Assembly: GCA_040081625.1 (NCBI GenBank)
Contig: JBEBGD010000002.1
Coordinates: 106,709-170,708, forward strand
Length of the DNA stretch: 64,000 nt
Source of the DNA: Chthoniobacteraceae bacterium
GTDB taxonomy: Bacteria > Verrucomicrobiota > Verrucomicrobiia > Chthoniobacterales > Chthoniobacteraceae
Reading direction: 5' to 3'
The notes beneath the pieces were generated by a model that worked only from the letters and a program-made list of their open reading frames with translations, was not told the origin of the DNA and made no database searches. The position numbers and the translations under genes were made by a program. This document shows, in pieces, positions 58,578 to 64,000 of the stretch (positions are counted from its first letter, which is position 1; each line of letters begins with the position of its first letter).

Positions 58578-60026
58578 ATGAACAGCTCCTGCACACCACT
58601 GCACGGCGGCCGTTTCTCGCGGCGAGACTTTTTTTTCGGCCTCGGCGCCACGCTCGGCACCACGGCCTTGAATTCGCTGCTCGCCGCCGAAAAGCGGCCG
58701 TGCGGCAACGAATTTTGCGCGACGCGCTTTCCCGCGCCGAGCCAGGCCTGCCCGCACCGCCCTGCGAAGGCGAAGGCATGCATCTACCTGTTCATGGAAG
58801 GCGGGCCGTCGCACATCGACACGTTCGACCCGAAGCCGAAACTCGCGGGGCTGCACATGAAGGAGTTTCAGCATCAGGATAAATTTGCGTCGGCGATGGC
58901 GAGCGGGAAGCGCTACTACGTGCAGTCGCCTTTCAAGTTCGCGCAGCGGGGGAAGAGCGGGCTGTGGATGTCCGAGAACTTCGAGCAACTCGCGCGGCAC
59001 GCCGACGATCTCTGCGTCTATCACGGCTGCCAGGTCGATAGCGTCGATCACCCGACGGCCTGCTACCAGATGAACACGGGCAACCGATTCGGTGGCGATC
59101 CGGCGATCGGGTCGTGGAGCACTTACGGGCTCGGCTCGATCAACGAGAACCTGCCGAGCTTCGTCGTGCTTCCCGAAGGCGCGTTCCCGCAGGGCGGCTC
59201 TGCGAACTGGTCGAATGGATTTCTGCCCGCGCAGTTCCAGGGCACGCCGCTGCGGCCGACCGGCTCGCCGATTCTCGACCTGAATCCGCCCGCGGGCGTG
59301 ACGCCCGAAGTGCAGCGCGCAAACCTCGATCTCATCGCAGAACTGAACCGCGGCGACCTTTCGCGCTACCCGCACCAGAACGATCTCGCGGCGCGCATGG
59401 AGGCTTACGAGCTGGCGTTTCGGATGCAATCGCAGGTGCCCGACCTCATCGACCTGAGCAAGGAGAGCGACGCGACGAAGGCGATGTATGGCCTCGACAA
59501 GCCGGAGACGGAAAGCTTCGGCCGCCGCTGCCTGCTCGCGCGCAAGCTCATCGAGTCCGGCGTGCGCTTCGTGCAGATTTTCGAGAGCGGCTGGGACTCG
59601 CACGATTACCTTGAGCGCGCGCATAGCGCGCGCATCCGCACCATCGACAAGCCGATCGCCGCACTGCTCACCGACCTCAAGCAGCGCGGCCTGCTCGACT
59701 CGACGCTCGTCGCGTGGGGTGGCGAATTCGGCCGCAGCCCCGACAACGGCGTGCGCGGCGGCGGAAAGGCCGCGGGTCGCGATCACAACGCGAAGGCGAT
59801 GGCGATGTGGTTCGCGGGCGGCGGAGTGCCGGGCGGCAAATCGGTCGGCGCGACGGACGAACTCGGCGCGAAAGCCGTCGAGTGCGTCCATCATGTTCGC
59901 GACCTGCACGCGACCTTTCTCCAACTGCTCGGCCTCGCGGACACAAACCTCACCTACTACCACGAGGGCCGTTACAAACAGCTCAGCCAGATCGGCGCGG
60001 AGTTGATCAAGGAGCTGCTCGCGTAA
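58578..60026 (+). CDS. DUF1501 family protein (Tat-exported)
   Basis: FSRRDFF; IYLFMEGGPSHIDTFDPKP; LARKLIESGVRFV; GWDSH; GGEFGRSP; GRDH. Confidence 0.92.
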   Translation: MNSSCTPLHGGRFSRRDFFFGLGATLGTTALNSLLAAEKRPCGNEFCATRFPAPSQACPHRPAKAKACIYLFMEGGPSHIDTFDPKPKLAGLHMKEFQHQDKFASAMASGKRYYVQSPFKFAQRGKSGLWMSENFEQLARHADDLCVYHGCQVDSVDHPTACYQMNTGNRFGGDPAIGSWSTYGLGSINENLPSFVVLPEGAFPQGGSANWSNGFLPAQFQGTPLRPTGSPILDLNPPAGVTPEVQRANLDLIAELNRGDLSRYPHQNDLAARMEAYELAFRMQSQVPDLIDLSKESDATKAMYGLDKPETESFGRRCLLARKLIESGVRFVQIFESGWDSHDYLERAHSARIRTIDKPIAALLTDLKQRGLLDSTLVAWGGEFGRSPDNGVRGGGKAAGRDHNAKAMAMWFAGGGVPGGKSVGATDELGAKAVECVHHVRDLHATFLQLLGLADTNLTYYHEGRYKQLSQIGAELIKELLA

Positions 60027-60056
60027 CGGACGCGCCCGGTTAATCTCGGCGCGCCC

Positions 60057-60980
60057 ATGTCCTCCATCGTCAAGATCCTGCGTCTGCTCGCCGACGAAAC
60101 GCGGCTGCGTCTGCTGCTGCTGCTGCGGCGCGAGGAGCTCTCCGTCGTCGAGCTCCAGGAAATCCTCGGCATGGGGCAATCGCGAATTTCCACGCATCTC
60201 GCTCAGCTCCGTCAGGCGCGGCTCGTGAACGACCGGCGCGCGGGGAAGAACATCTACTACGCGCTCACTGCCGCGGCGAATGAGCCGGACGTGCAGACGA
60301 TCCTCGACGCGAGCGCGAAGGATCTGCCGGAAACCGCGGGCGACGCGCGCGCTCTCAAGCTCGCGCTGAGCAAACGACAGGACAAGGTGCGCGAGTATTT
60401 CAACCAGCTCGCTGGAAAGTTCGGCCGCACGTATTGTCCCGGCCGCACGTGGCAGGGCCTCGCGCATCTGCTCCTCGCCTTTGTGCCCGAGCTGACGATC
60501 GCCGACCTCGGCGCGGGCGAAGGCACGCTCTCGCAGCTCCTCGCGCGGCGCGCGAAGAAGGTCATCTGCGTCGATAACTCGGAGAAGATGGTCGAGTTCG
60601 GCGTGCAGCTCGCGAAGGACAACGGCATCAAGAATCTCGAATACCGCCACGGCGACATCGAGGAGCCGCCGATCAAGGCCGAGTCGGTCGATGTCGCGAT
60701 CCTCAGCCAGGCGCTGCACCACGCGCAGAGCCCGCAGCGCGCGGTGGCCGCCGCGCACCGGATCGTGAAGCCGGGCGGGCGCATCGCGATTCTCGATCTG
60801 CTCGCGCACCAGTTCGACAAGGCGCGCGAACTCTACGCCGACACGTGGCTCGGCTTTACCGAAGCGCAGCTCCACGAGTTCCTGGAAACGGCCGGCTTCC
60901 GCGAGATCGACGTCGCCGTGGTCGCGCGCGACGACCAGAACCCGCAGTTCCAGACCGTGCTCGCGACGGCGGTGAAGTAA
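60057..60980 (+). CDS. ArsR HTH-SAM methyltransferase fusion regulator (SahR-like)
   Basis: LADETRLRLL...LSVVELQEILGMGQSRISTHL; ADLGAGEG; QALHH; VKPGG. Confidence 0.9.
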   Translation: MSSIVKILRLLADETRLRLLLLLRREELSVVELQEILGMGQSRISTHLAQLRQARLVNDRRAGKNIYYALTAAANEPDVQTILDASAKDLPETAGDARALKLALSKRQDKVREYFNQLAGKFGRTYCPGRTWQGLAHLLLAFVPELTIADLGAGEGTLSQLLARRAKKVICVDNSEKMVEFGVQLAKDNGIKNLEYRHGDIEEPPIKAESVDVAILSQALHHAQSPQRAVAAAHRIVKPGGRIAILDLLAHQFDKARELYADTWLGFTEAQLHEFLETAGFREIDVAVVARDDQNPQFQTVLATAVK

Positions 60981-60983
60981 TTT

Positions 60984-63587
<2,604 letters not shown>

Positions 63588-63621
63588 TGAGTTCAGCGGG
63601 ATGTTTGGTGATGCTCGGCTC

Positions 63622-64000
63622 ATGCCAAGTGAAAAGCCGCGCATCCTGGGAATCGACGGCGGAGGGACGAAGACCGAGTGGGTCGTGGTGGAGGATGGCG
63701 CCGTCGTGCGGCGCGGTGTGCTCGCGCAGGCGAATATGCGGCTCAACACCGACGAACAGCTCGCGCAGCTTTTCTCGGTGATGCCGCGCGATGTGTCGCA
63801 TGTCGGCGCCTTTCTCGCGGCGTGCGCGACGGAGGAGGATCGTCGGCGCCTCGATCGATTGGTGCGCGCGGCGTGGCCGGACGCGCGGATCGCGACGGGC
63901 AGCGATCGGGATTCGGCAATTGCGACGGCGTTTCGCGGGGAGGATGGGATCGTGGTGATCGGTGGGACGGGGGCGGCGGTGCATGGGCAGCGCGGGGAGC
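63622..64000 (+). CDS. BadF/BadG/BcrA/BcrD-type ATPase / N-acetylglucosamine(-muramic acid) kinase, truncated by the window end
   Basis: MPSEKPRILGIDGGGTKTEW...GSDRDSA...GIVVIGGTG; absent from the ORF track because no stop falls in the window. Confidence 0.85.
   Translation, partial: MPSEKPRILGIDGGGTKTEWVVVEDGAVVRRGVLAQANMRLNTDEQLAQLFSVMPRDVSHVGAFLAACATEEDRRRLDRLVRAAWPDARIATGSDRDSAIATAFRGEDGIVVIGGTGAAVHGQRGE

Overview
High-GC bacterial DNA whose gene repertoire (many Cys-type sulfatases, DUF1501, PQQ-like propellers, an LEPR-XLL-type N-terminus, a Verrucomicrobia-style C-terminal domain) points to a PVC-superphylum genome, most likely Verrucomicrobiota (inference). 1-38 kb is a + strand cluster of exported enzymes: 9 sulfatase genes with 10 sulfatase domains, plus pectate lyase, GDSL esterase, Asp-box propeller, Mo-oxidoreductase, two CxxCH prenyltransferase-fold proteins and an NHL protein. 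It is interrupted by a MazF-type TA pair, a repeat-flanked CusRS-like/Kelch cassette and a NarL-type two-component islet. 38-41 kb is a nitrogen module: GSII, a minimal 125-aa kinase, a PP2C phosphatase and a Ser49-type PII, with sigma54 promoters on glnII and glnB. 42.8-51.2 kb is an ~8.4-kb integrated element bounded by a 12-bp direct repeat. It carries a tyrosine integrase, divergent HTH genes, an SF3-like helicase, iteron-like repeats, an ORF pair joined by an A_AAA_AAG -1 frameshift site and a short tape-measure-like protein, but no recognisable capsid, portal, large terminase or tail tube. This is a candidate tail-hijacking phage satellite and the best novelty candidate. 51-64 kb holds two PQQ-like propellers, FMN reductase, MFS, an EhpF/LuxE-like adenylating enzyme, DUF1501, ArsR-methyltransferase, ligA, VanZ and a truncated BadF-type kinase. 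Several REP-like doublets occur. No rRNA, tRNA or CRISPR array was recognised. All calls come from motif reading by eye; no searches were run.
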